DNA from: Phoronis australis
Taxonomy: Eukaryota; Animalia; Phoronida
Assembly: GCA_002633005.1 (NCBI GenBank)
Contig: NMRA01000430.1
Coordinates: 208,671 to 272,670 of the forward strand
Length of the DNA stretch: 64,000 nt
Direction of reading: 5' to 3'
In this document: in pieces, positions 1-12,800 of the stretch
How positions within the stretch are numbered: the first letter of the stretch is position 1
Layout: every line of letters starts with the position of its first letter
Notes under the pieces: generated by a model
Database searches by the model: none
What the model was told of the DNA's origin: nothing
Seen by the model: only the letters and a program-made list of their open reading frames with translations
Program-made: the position numbers and the translations under genes

Positions 1-529
1 CGTACCGTCTATATACTCGCAAGTGGTACGCGCATGCGCGAGCACCCGGTATGAGTGAACCCCCGGAAATACACTACATTTATGTATATGTATATACGCC
101 TACAAATTAGGTCTTTTGGAAAATTTGTCGAGTGGACGCAATGAACCACACATTTTGACTTAATGTGTAAAAATTCATTTTCCGACTTTCTGAGAACAGT
201 GCTGAGTTGCGACGAAAAACCCGAAAACGGCGTGCATCCCCCGAGGCTTTTGAACGGTCTTCCCGAAAAAAAAAACAAAACACCACCGGCACAACGCTCC
301 TCTCACCAGCACTGGTCACCGCCTCTAAAAGACACCTCCGTTGCAAAACCCGGCATCCCCTAAAGCCACCGCCGCCAACACCACCCGTCCCCCCAGATTT
401 GTTGTGAGCGGGATAAACCGTGCCCACTTTCCGCGCATGCGCATTAAGGTACCGTAGCAGATTTATTTTTTCACCTTTCAAGCGGTGCTCTCATCACACC
501 GGTTTTTGTCGGTGAGTATGATGTGGAAG

Positions 530-1234
530 NNNNNNNNNNNNNNNNNNNNNNNNNNNNNNNNNNNNNNNNNNNNNNNNNNNNNNNNNNNNNNNNNNNNNNN
601 NNNNNNNNNNNNNNNNNNNNNNNNNNNNNNNNNNNNNNNNNNNNNNNNNNNNNNNNNNNNNNNNNNNNNNNNNNNNNNNNNNNNNNNNNNNNNNNNNNNN
701 NNNNNNNNNNNNNNNNNNNNNNNNNNNNNNNNNNNNNNNNNNNNNNNNNNNNNNNNNNNNNNNNNNNNNNNNNNNNNNNNNNNNNNNNNNNNNNNNNNNN
801 NNNNNNNNNNNNNNNNNNNNNNNNNNNNNNNNNNNNNNNNNNNNNNNNNNNNNNNNNNNNNNNNNNNNNNNNNNNNNNNNNNNNNNNNNNNNNNNNNNNN
901 NNNNNNNNNNNNNNNNNNNNNNNNNNNNNNNNNNNNNNNNNNNNNNNNNNNNNNNNNNNNNNNNNNNNNNNNNNNNNNNNNNNNNNNNNNNNNNNNNNNN
1001 NNNNNNNNNNNNNNNNNNNNNNNNNNNNNNNNNNNNNNNNNNNNNNNNNNNNNNNNNNNNNNNNNNNNNNNNNNNNNNNNNNNNNNNNNNNNNNNNNNNN
1101 NNNNNNNNNNNNNNNNNNNNNNNNNNNNNNNNNNNNNNNNNNNNNNNNNNNNNNNNNNNNNNNNNNNNNNNNNNNNNNNNNNNNNNNNNNNNNNNNNNNN
1201 NNNNNNNNNNNNNNNNNNNNNNNNNNNNNNNNNN
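530..1234. other. Assembly gap (N run)
   Basis: Continuous Ns. Confidence 1.
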
Positions 1235-1376
1235 AATAAAATGGCTGCCGAAGGCAGTGCACATTTGAAATAACTCGGCACAAATTAAAGAAAACTTCCG
1301 AATCGATGAATGCGGTATATCTGTGAGAGTTAAATCGAATCCTATTCAGATCATAACTTTGAAGTGGAATAATTCG
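1235..1376 (+). promoter_or_regulatory. Candidate non-coding first exon / TSS-proximal region of CWH43
   Basis: YY1-like AAAATGGCTGCC at ~1238 and strong donor CG|gtgagt at 1377. NRF1-like GCGCATGCGC motifs lie upstream (~29 and ~433). Coding exon 1 begins with an acceptor, so an upstream exon is required. Confidence 0.45.
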
Positions 1377-2459
1377 GTGAGTACAACAGCAAGTCGGTTT
1401 TATGCTTAGGCGGACGAACATTGGGCTCCCCAGTATATATCTTTTAATGACACTAATTTTGTGTCACATTTTATTTGGCCAGTTTTTTTACCCACATCAG
1501 CACTCCCTGCAAAGCTGTATTTTAGTATAAAGCGCTTGCATCAAGGCTTAATAGCCTTGACAGGCAGCCTAGTTTCTTGAGATCAAACTCGACATAACCT
1601 AACCAACAGGAGGTACCAACAGCCAGTACGTATGATCAAGTGCCAGTCAGTGACGCCACTGTTTTGACGTTTTGTTTCGAGACAATTTTCATCCAGTATC
1701 CCTCAGACTTGTCAGGTTAGCAAAAACAACCCAGTTTGGTTGACTCTCATTGTCTACCCATTTTTTGGAATCTAGATTGTTTTGGCAGTCTGAGTGTTTT
1801 TTCTTCTGGTGTCTAGTAGGTGCATGCGAGTCATGGTTTTGGGTGGAATGGCAGTTTTGTGTATTTTTGCTCGTTTTTCAGCATGGCCAGTCGTGGTTTG
1901 CCGACTTGCCGTCGGCATGAAAGCAAGAGAAATGCACTTTGCATGCAAGTTTTTTAGACTGTAGGGAATCTTTATGTACGCTCAGTACCTGCATGTTTCA
2001 TATTTTGTGATTCTTTTGTAGAAAAGAAATAAACTGCTTACTCTCCGTTCACCCTGCCTGGGGAGGTGAAAATGAGGAACTATTACTAACACCTAAGGTG
2101 ACATGGAAAAAAGGAAAAGTTTGGAAAGAGAACAAAAGAGGGCGCTTTGTTATTGACTTCTGCACGATTAGTTCAGCTCCAGTTCCGTGGTCATCAGGTA
2201 ACTGTTTCCTCAAGGAGGATATGAATGTGAAATTAAAAGGGTATATCTGTCTTCGCTTATTTGTAAGTGAAAGTAATTTACTAACTAATTATGAAACGTA
2301 TAGTTAATAAAAATATTTATTTGAGTGTTTATTGGTGCAGAGCTTTTCTTTCATTCACGTTTTGTAGTTACGGTTGATTAATTATACTCTGGGTCATCTG
2401 CAGGTTGACAGTGTCACTTTTCTTGCTAGTGGTAGTGTGGGTTCGTGGGGCTGTTCTCT

Positions 2460-2572
2460 GCTCCCTACATTCCCTCGTCCGTATGTTCCACAACACTTGT
2501 ACCCTTGTCCCTATGTTCCCCTGCCCCCATGTTACCACATCCCGATGTTCCCTGGTCTTGTGTTCCCCCACC
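2460..2572. repeat. Degenerate short-period (~8 nt, tgttccc-like) tandem repeat
   Basis: Recurring tgttcc(c) motif. Confidence 0.55.
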
Positions 2573-3587
2573 TCGATCATGGGAGCTTATTTAGATCTGT
2601 TAGAACATACCTCTAGTATACACCATATAAGTGAAGAAGGAAATGCTGAATCTGCCATAACACAAGAATAAAGATGTGCCGGAAGTCTGGCGTGCTGTGC
2701 GTGGTAACCTGCTGCTCTGGCAAAATTTGCAATCTCGACACTATGTGGTGTATGTGATTACCTACTCATTGATCTGGGTCAGACAACGAATGAGCCTGAT
2801 CAAAGGTCAAGCAACAACCAATCACAGCGATCGATATGCGAACCACTTCTGGCGCATCTATATCTGACTTCTGGCACATCTGCTAATAATGACGTATGCA
2901 GTAATCTCTTCTTATGGTGTATACTAAAGGTATCCACTTACTAAGTGACTACACTGTAAGAATCATTAAATCTTTATTTATAGTGCTCACTGGATATCAC
3001 AAACATCAATTCAATATTCCAAAAACTACAAAACAGAAAAAAAAAACTACAGTACTTTAATTGAAAATTTGTTAGTGTCGTGGACATGAGTGTGACATAT
3101 GAAGGGACCCAGTGCCAGTGTGTCATGTCTACCAACGCACGAGTTTCTTTTACAAACTTGTGCCATGTCTGCCCTTTTTTGGTGTCTCGTGGGAAAGTAA
3201 AAAAGCCTCAGCGTATTCAAATAATTAGTTGTCACAACCACCACAAATGCTACACCTTGTCATTCTTTGTAATACCATAAACCACAGGAAAACAAGCAGC
3301 AATATCTGACAAGTTTTCACATTAAACACAATAGAGCATGACTTATGTGATTGGTTGTCCTGATTCTATGTAGCATGTATCAACTAAGTTAGTGTTTCCC
3401 CTGCATGCAAAATTCTGGGCGGCCCGCCACGCTCCTTTTTGGCTCTGCCACTCATAGTGTTGCCCACATTGACTGCCACACAACTAATCCTGACGGGAAA
3501 ATGTCACCGCTAAGCAAGAATTGATAGGAAAAACAAATATGCAATATTCGAGTTTCATGGCTTAACACAGAGTTGATCGTATACGAT

Positions 3588-3663
3588 TGGCGTAGATGAA
3601 AGTAATATCCCACTTGACATTATTACGCGGAATGTATTGTGAGATATTACTTCATCTACGCCA
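3588..3663. mobile_element. Small palindromic MITE-like remnant
   Basis: tggcgtagatgaaagtaatatc ... gatattacttcatctacgcca inverted repeat. Confidence 0.5.
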
Positions 3664-3770
3664 CTCTCAGTACGTTCTGTGTATATATACTTGTACACAT
3701 GTCCGTGTTCAGTTAAAACTTACATAACTGCAAAGTAACACACTCACTGCTGTGTTTTCAGGTGTCTGCA

Positions 3771-3837
3771 ATGGGCAAGGATGAGGAACAAGAGAAAGAA
3801 GTTGGCTTCAGAGACTTGTTGAGAGAAGCCTGCTTAG
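3771..3837 (+). CDS. CWH43: CWH43 coding exon 1 ([23 protein letters not shown])
   Basis: Acceptor ttttcag ends 3761, ATG at 3771, donor G|gtatat at 3838; phase 1 fits the next exon. Confidence 0.8.
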
Positions 3838-6800
3838 GTATATCTTTTAGATAATCACGAGAGTGGCCTGAATATTGATTAGGTTTGTTGACACCTTTTA
3901 TCTTGTTGCAGCAAGACAAAATGGCTGTGCAATGGGTCTGTCTGACACTCCGTGGTTCTGCGCCTGCGTTTTCAGACGCTGTAATCCAAATTAAGCAAAT
4001 TATCCCAGTAACAGACTACTTGACTGTGACATTGATTACTTACAACAATTTATTCCATAAAACAAACTTAAGTTACCTGTAACAGGCCTGTGTGCTGCCT
4101 AGAATTTGAATTCATTACAAGTATATTTTCTGACATTAGACACTATTAGACTGGGACCTAACCTCATGTTGAACATTAGAATGTATGTAGAATTTAATGT
4201 TCAACTTTTTACTAGTTGTGATCTTGTCTTATAAATGAAACTAATTTTGCAAAAGAAAAAGAAAGATATGTTCAAAGCAATGGTATGGTATCAGTTGTGT
4301 GACGCTATGGTATCAGTGAAGTGGTGAAAATTTCTTTGATGCGAATATTCAAAATGGAATCTAGAAAATGTCAGTTTTTAAATTATTTCTTTTTGTTTTA
4401 TGTAACGTTGATTTATTATAGAAACCACGTAAGTCTCATTTTGTGATAGCATATTTTCCAAAAGAGAAGCATTTTTTAAAAACGATTCCTTAAGAGCATC
4501 TTGGAGAGCTGTGCATAGCATTATCTAAACATTTTATATGAATTCAATCAGCCATGTATATGGTGTTTTGACGTTAGACAATTTTTTACATTTGTTGGAA
4601 ATTACTCATTAACTTTAAAGCTGTTTAACCTGTGGTGATGGTCAGATAAATTGTGCCCGAATTTTGAGAACCAGTTTTCTCCACTAAATAATGGGCATCA
4701 ATCTGGTTCTCAAAATACGGGCACGTTATGTCAGACTATTCCCTAACCTCTGACAGTGATATTTTGTTTTATTGGTGGTGATTTTGTTTTCAGGCTATGC
4801 TTTCTGGTCATTGTTCCATGGTTTAGGCCCCATGATATGGTTCTATCCTCTCAACGAGCTGGCCATCTCTGGCTATGAATCTTTTTGTCTCATCTGGCTG
4901 TGTCCCATCCTCACTGGCTTTGAACCTGTCATGCGACTTATTCAACACAAGTGGACCATGATGGTACTGCGTGTGTGCGTTCTGGTATCTCTAGCATCTT
5001 ACCAAGCACCCAGCACCCTGTCCAGGCTAGCTGTCCTTTCCTTCGGCAATGGAGCTGCAGTGTTGGTTGTCACGGCAACATTATGGAGCAAGTCTCGGAA
5101 ACAGCGGTAAGTCATATCTCAGTGGAAGAAATACTGTTTAATATATAAAATGTTGACGCTAGTCAGTAATATCTTATTCTACAACAAACTCACTGAAAAT
5201 ACTTCTAAAGTATTATAAAGAGGATCCTTTGTAGAATAGTCACCTCATGAATGAGTCCAAGCATACCTTATTGCTATATAATACTGCAAAAAGTCTGACC
5301 TTCGAGGTCAAACCATTTATGGACTCCTCTGAATTAATCCACTTGCATTCTGACCCCATCATGGTCATAGAGGTTTTCAAGTAGTAATGAGGCATGGCCA
5401 TGAGATACAGCTGAATTATTGAACATCAAATTCTCATCTGTCCAGTGCCATCGTTTTCTGTTTATTTTCTGTTTTCAGTAATAAGGCAATCTGGGTTTGT
5501 GAAGAACATTGGGTTTTTAATATAATTTTATATTGATGTTCATCCCCTCTTGTTTTGAACTGCTTTACCCTGTTTTATCTTCGTGACGGCAGTGTCTTTA
5601 AACATCTTTACGAATTTTCTATTTTTGTTTTCTAGCTGCCTTACTTTCTGGGGACTTGTGTTGGGCTTTTTCTTCATGTTGGTGGCTCGTATATTCTTCA
5701 CTTCATTTTGCCCCACCTGGTGGAGTAACACTTCTAATACTGGTGTGATCACTGTGGTTGCTATAGCAACAATAGACAAGTTTGCCTCAGGTAAATATAG
5801 TTTCTACTCGTTAAAAATGCAGCAAGTGTCAAAATGTAACTGTTCTTATCACTAATCATGTCATGTTATTATATTTTCAACTTCGGGAATAAGCATGCTT
5901 TTTGCTACTTCTAGTTCAGTAAAGAATGCAGACATATTTTTTATTAGCTCAGACAAATTTGCGATTGTTATAGTTCATGCACTCAACCCCTCAGATAAGC
6001 TGGACTGAGATTTAACGTAATGATTATGACCCGTCAAGTTGTCGCGATTGAAACTTATGAGTTGCTAAAATGTACTTATTTGCTCTAGTGTGCAGAAATT
6101 ACATAAAAAGTATCTGTAAACTCAAACACACTGACACAATAGGTACTGTGGTAGTTGTCAACTTCAACAGTGATTACTCCTTGACAAGTCTATATACTAA
6201 AGGACTGTTAAAAGCAGGAGTGTGATCTTCTTTGAAATTCTCATTTGGTTTCCCGACCACGTCTTTCACCATCCTCACATTGTTTTCATCCCTGTCTCAA
6301 TAGTAATGACACCTGTTCGTGCTGTAATTCCTGATCTCAGGTGCCTAGTTATTACAGCCTCTATATGGAGAACTAAAGTCTTGATTAGTTGATCGCAAGT
6401 TCAGGGGTGATCACATAGCATTCAGCAAGGAAAGTCAATGATAGGAGTCCTGTTTTCTTTAACTGACACCCCTACTACTTAGGCTAGTCCAGTTCCAAGA
6501 AAGACAGCCTGATGTGGGGTCAGGTTTATAACCATTGCATGAGGTGATGTTTCGAAACGAGTACAAAACAATTTTTGACTACATGAGGCCATACTAATGA
6601 AGGGTGGCGACAGGGAGTCTAGGGTCACAACCAAGGGGAGTAGAATTGGTGGCTACTGGTGCTGTAGATTTTCCACTCAACAAAAAATTCTCTTTCAGAA
6701 TGCAAAAATTGCACATTTATGAATTCACAGCATTAATGCTCAAATATTGCGGGTTTATTTTGACAGGGAATCATTCAGTTTATGCTCAAGCTGTAAAGAC

Positions 6801-9800
6801 TGTGGGCTTCGAATCAAATGAGAATTTAATTCTTATGTCTATATAGTTTTAAGTACCATAGCTGAATATAATTATTACTTTTGTTACGTTGTAGGTGATG
6901 GCCAGTTAACCAGACGTGACTGTACACTCCAGTCACATGACAAGTCCAACTGGCTGTTTACTAGTCTTGGCTTTGGTAGTCTGCTCTTTCTCACCCACTG
7001 GATCTACAGTGAGGTGTCTTTACTCAGCAGGTGGACAGTGACTGGCTACCCTAACACTGGCCCTTCACCTCACCCATGGGGGTATGTATTGCGCAGTATG
7101 GGAGTTACTCGTGTATGACTGTCTTGAATGTAGTGATTCGCCTATCAGTCGTTTAGGGTCGGGGAAAGTTAGAGGTGTTATTTACCAATTTCTGACACAA
7201 AGACGTCCTTTTGATTTAGGCCTCTTCTAATTGTAAAGGTGATCTCGCAGATTGTTCCCTACCCTTATTAGAAGTGTTCAGGACTTGTGAAGAACTGAGC
7301 CTTGTCTCGAGCAACAAGCCCAGAAATCACTCCTATTCTGAGTAGGGATCGAGCTGACATCAATTTTATAAGATATGACCATTTCTGAGCCAACTGAGTG
7401 TAAAATAATTATGTGACGTGCACCCTCAATCATGCTGCAGGTTTTGCTTTGCTCACCTCATTTTTCCAAGAGTGACATGTACAGTTGCCTCATACTGATC
7501 TCCCCTTGAGTCAAGTGGAGTTTGAGCTGGTAAAAAACAATTTTGTCTTTATTTCCAGATTATGCGTTCTTGGGGCTTTGACTACTGGATCACTTGGGTC
7601 GTTTTTTCCTTGGTTGAGGAAATCCATTGTTTGCTGGGTGATTGGCGCTGTTTCTTTTGCTTTGTTATATGTGCGAATAAAGGAGGATCCCTGGCTGGCG
7701 TTTACAGGTAAACAAAGGGCTATGCATCGGTAGCATATACAGGTAAATGAAAGGCATTGCCTGGGTAGCATTTACAGGTAAATTAAAGGTGGTACCTGAG
7801 TAGTATTTACAGGTAAATGAAAGGTGGTACCTGAGTAGTATTTACAGGTAAATGAAGGGTGGTGCTTGGGTAGCATTTACAGGTAAATGAAGGGTGGTGC
7901 CTGAGTAGCATTTACAGGTAAATGAAGGGTGGTGCCTGAGTAGCATTTACAGGTAAATGAATGGTGGTGCCTGAGTAGCATTTACAGGTAAATGAAGGGT
8001 GGTGCCTGAGTAGCATTTACAGGTAAATGAAGGGTGGTGCCTGAGTAGCATTTACAGGTAAATGAAGGGTGGTGCCTGAGTAGCATTTACAGGTAAATGA
8101 AGGGTGGTGCCTGAGTAGCATTTACAGGTAAATGAAGGGTGGTGCCTGAGTAGCATTTACAGGTAAATGAAGGGTGGTGCCTGAGTAGCATTTACAGGTA
8201 AATGAAGGGTGGTGCCTGAGTAGCATTTACAGGTAAATGAAGGGTGGTGCCTGAGTAGCATTTACAGGTAAATGAAGGGTGGTGCCTGAGTAGCATTTAC
8301 AGGTAAATGAAGGGTGGTGCCTGAGTAGCATTTACAGGTAAATGAAGGGTGGTGCCTGAGTAGCATTTACAGGTAAATGAAGGGTGGTGCCTGAGTAGCA
8401 TTTACAGGTAAATGAAGGGTGGTGCCTGAGTAGCATTTACAGGTAAATGAAGGGTGGTGCCTGAGTAGCATTTACAGGTAAATGAAGGGTGGTGCCTGAG
8501 TAGCATTTACAGGTAAATGAAGGGTGGTGCCTGAGTAGCATTTACAGGTAAATGAAGGGTGGTGCCTGAGTAGCATTTACAGGTAAATGAAGGGTGGTGC
8601 CTGAGTAGCATTTACAGGTAAATGAAGGGTGGTGCCTGAGTAGCATTTACAGGTAAATGAAGGGTGGNGCTCAAGCTGTAAAGACTGTGGGCTTCGAATC
8701 AAATGAGAATTTAATTCTTATGTCTATATAGTTTTAAGTACCATAGCTGAATATAATTATTACTTTTGTTACGTTGTAGGCGATGGCCAGTTAACCAGCC
8801 ATGACTGTACACTCCAGTCACATGACAAGTCCAACTGGCTGTTTACTAGTCTTGGCTTTGGTAGTCTGCTCTTTCTCACCCATTGGATCTACAGTGAGGT
8901 GTCTTTACTCAGCAGGTGGACAGTGACTGGCTACCCTAACACTGGCCCTTCACCTCACCCATGGGGGTATGTATTGCGCAGTATGGGAGTTACTCGTGTA
9001 TGACTGTCTTGAATATAGTGATTCTCTATCAGTCGTTTAGGGTCGAGGAAAGTTAGAGGTGTTATTTACCCATTTTCAGACACAAAGACGTCCTCATCAA
9101 ATTGTAAAGGTGATCTCGCAGATTGCTCCCTTACTCTTATTAGAAGTGTTCAGGACTTGTGAAGAACTGAGCCTTGTGCAGAACTGAGCCTTGTCTCGAG
9201 CAAGCCCAGAAATCACTCCTATTCTGAGTAGGGATCGAGTTGACACCAGTTTTATAAGATATGACCATTTCCGAGCCAACTGAGTGTAAAATGATATAAT
9301 AATGATGTGTGCACCCTCAGTCATGTTGCAGGTGTTGCTTTGCTCAACTCATCTTTCCAAGTGTGAGACGTACAGGTGCCTCATACTGATCTCCCCTTGA
9401 GTCAAGTGGAGTTTGAGCTGGTAACAAACAATTTTGTCTTTATTTCCAGATTATGCGTTCTTGCGGCTTTGACTACTGGATCACTTGTGTCGTTTTTTCC
9501 TTGGTTGAGGAAATCCATTGTTTGCTGGGTGATTGGCGCTGTTTCTTTTGCTTTGTTATATGTGCGAATAAAGGAGGATCCCTGGCTGGCGTTTACAGGT
9601 AAACAAAGGGCTATGCCTCAGTAGCATATACAGGTAAATGAAAGGCGTTGCCTGGGTAGCATTTTCAGGTAAATTAAAGGTGATACCTGAGTAACATTTA
9701 CAGGTAAATTAAAGGTGGTACCTGAGTAGCATTTACAGGTAAATTAAAGGTGATACCTGAGTAGCATTTACAGGTAAATTAAGGGTGTCACATGAGTAGC

Positions 9801-12800
9801 ATTTACAGGTAAATTAAGGGTGGTACCTGAGTAGCATTTACAGGTAAATTAAGGGTGATACCTGAGTAGCATTTACAGGTAAATTAAGGGTGATGCCTGA
9901 GTAGCATTTACAGGTAAATGAAGGGTGGTGCCTGGGTAGCATTTACAGGTAAATGAAGGGTGGTGCCTGAGTAGCATTTACCGGTAAATTAAAGGTGGTG
10001 CCTGGGTAGCATTTACTGGTGAGCAGTGATCCCTAGCTAATCTTTACAAGTGAATCTTTATGTAACTCTTGTGGACTGACTGAGCAAATTAATTATCATG
10101 TGTTTTATAGAAAGGTATGTCATGGCTTGCACTAATGTGTAATGTGCTAGTTGGAAAAGTTTGTAGTTATGTTAGAATCTGACCAAAACCTTTTGTATTA
10201 TACAGGAAAAGAATGGCCTTCTGTTCTGGATATGTTTTCAACAAATGAATGTAGGATTCCTCTCACTTATATTCTAATGATGCTTTGTGTAAGTTGGCAA
10301 AGATGGCAGCAAATTTCCCTAATACAAGTATGGTTGAAGACAACTCTGACTTATGTGGATTCCGGCGTCCTCAGAGCTGTCATAGTGTCGGAAGAACACA
10401 CGCTCGTAAGCACACTGTGTAACAACTGACCAATACTAATAGTGATAATGAAGAGAACACATACATATATAAACATAATTAATATATGTTGCACATATTC
10501 TCATTATAAATTAGACGTGTATTTGTGACACAACTCATTCTAAACAAGTTCACTTTGTTGTAGGTGGTTTACTCGGTGGCGTCTACGTCATGCTTATCTG
10601 GCCCGAGTTAGTTGACCGCGTGATGACCTGTCCACATGGCCGCACCATGTTTGTCACCATGTTGTGTTACATCTGTGAGATCCTTTTCTCTGTCTGGACG
10701 ACAGCGTACAACTTTGTGCCGGGAGGGGAATACACGCGTCAACACACAGACTACCTCCTTGGCTTTATTATAGTGTCTATAGCGTTTGCTCTCTATACTG
10801 GTAAGAGCAAAGTGCAAAAACATAGGAACCATTCTGCCTCGCTAGCATCTAGCAAGCTATGCGTGCTAGATGATGTCAGAAGTAGTGATTTATTCTGTGT
10901 AATTATGCCACTGGCCCCTTTTTATTGAAATAAACACACTATATAAACACACTATATAGTTCCACACACAGACATGTCAGTTTAAACAAATTGCAAAAAC
11001 GAGAGAAAAAACAAAAGCTACAATTCACCATCTAATGCAGTACTTCTCCGTTTCTCTGTATGGACTAAGAGCTTGGTTATGACATTAATATTTTGTGATC
11101 TCATCAAGTGATCATAAACAAGTGGTACATCTATTACAACAACTGGAATGATAAATTTTCATTGAAGGTCCACATACAAAAGGCATACTTAAAGAAGAAA
11201 TGGCATTCACTCTCAGTAATTGGCATCACATATGATGGTACCAGATGGCGCTAGTGTAAAGCAAGCTATCAATAGGGCTTTGTGAATAGGCTTGCCACCT
11301 TGCTAGCGTACACTAGAAATGGCCGCCACTGAGAATGATTGGATGGGGATGTGGAGTATTGAATTATGGGAGAAACGTGCTGATTCTGTTCCATAAGCCA
11401 AGATTTCTCATTTAGAGATCGTGAGTAGCCTTGCAGAATGCACCCTCCTTTGTTTAATGGCTTCTTCTTTATTAGCTTAGATCCAACCCAGATGGACCCT
11501 CATAGGCTATGCTCAGTTCATGCCTCACATCTGCATCAAAATGACTCGTGTGGATTTGTGAGGGAGTGAAGCAAATATCTCTCTTGTTTGATTACTCTCC
11601 TGAAAGGGCCTATTGCTCATGGATGGCGGGCGATGAGAGATGCCAAAATGCTTGATTGATTGGCTTTGCTGGCCAACAAAATTTAGCCATTCACTCACGC
11701 AGCGTTATCATGGCAAATTCTAGTGGAGTTCTTTTATGAACACAGGACAGAGTAAAATGAAATCCTTAATCCCTTCAATGGGTTGAGTGCAAATGAGCTG
11801 ATCCACTTGAAGGGGGTGTGAGCCAGTGTGTCGCTATAGACCATGTATTGTCGTCAATTCCATGTTGCCCCTTTCGCGGATTAAAAATGATTTCTTGTCT
11901 ATAAGAACTGGCAGTACATTTATTGTTTCCGACCAGGCTCATAGTGTTTGCTTGTCATGGTGGGTTAGTTTTAGGGGGATTCTAGGCGTTCTATTTCAAC
12001 CAATTTCAATTCAAACAAATAAAGTTGCTTTAGAACAGTAAATGCTGTAGTGAAGAATGTTGTCTATGATAATTGAACATGGTTAAACTTCGTAGCTGCT
12101 TTTGATCATTTTTTTGGTGGGAATAGTTTGCAAAAACATTTGCTAAGAGCTGTTGCTGTCCTAGTCACCTCGTAATTACCATTGTTACTTTCATGACTTC
12201 CAACTTTTACTTTCAATGCTCTTATTGTGCTCTGTGTGTCCTGTTGTTTGTTTTTCTCTAAAAACGTTCTGTTTCAGGCTCATCGGACTCAAAAAACACA
12301 ATCTGTATGTCTGCTGACTCCATAGGATCTGGTCGGAAAATAAAGGCTTGTGAGTATCAAATAACTACGTAAATTGACTAACCCTACTGAACCATTCTCA
12401 AATAAACACAGAAAAATCAGGAACCCCAACTGGGAATCGAACCACATGTCTCTAGATTGCCAGTCTAGTGCTCTCACCACTGAGCTACTGAGGACCCGAT
12501 ATCTGTGCAGTTACTGTTTACAGCCAACTGTTAAGCCATACATCCCATGAGCGGCGTATCGTATGACTTAACAGTTGGCTGTAAACAGTAATTGCACAAA
12601 TATTGGGTCCTCAGTAGTTCAGTGGTGAGAGCACTAGACCGTCAATCTAAAGACCTGTGGTTCGATTCCCAATTGGTGTTCCTGATTTTTCTGTTTATTT
12701 GATATATTTCACTGCTGGCCAACCTCAGCATCTATATATTTACTATATCTAATTGAACCATTCTCCTTTGATTAAGTAATCATGAATTTTTAAATGCAGT

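Noticed and set aside
250-529. C-rich stretch before the gap as a coding exon
   Set aside because: No recognisable protein; it may be low-quality contig-end sequence.
471-1421. Long ORFs spanning 471-1421
   Set aside because: They are artefacts of translating the N gap.
7691-8667. 35-bp repeat array as a CRISPR array
   Set aside because: Units are contiguous with no unique spacers, there are no cas genes, and the array lies in a spliceosomal intron.
12605-12682. Functional tRNA gene
   Set aside because: The acceptor stem is poor, the anticodon-like triplet differs between arms (GTC vs GGC), and it sits inside a TSD-flanked insertion.
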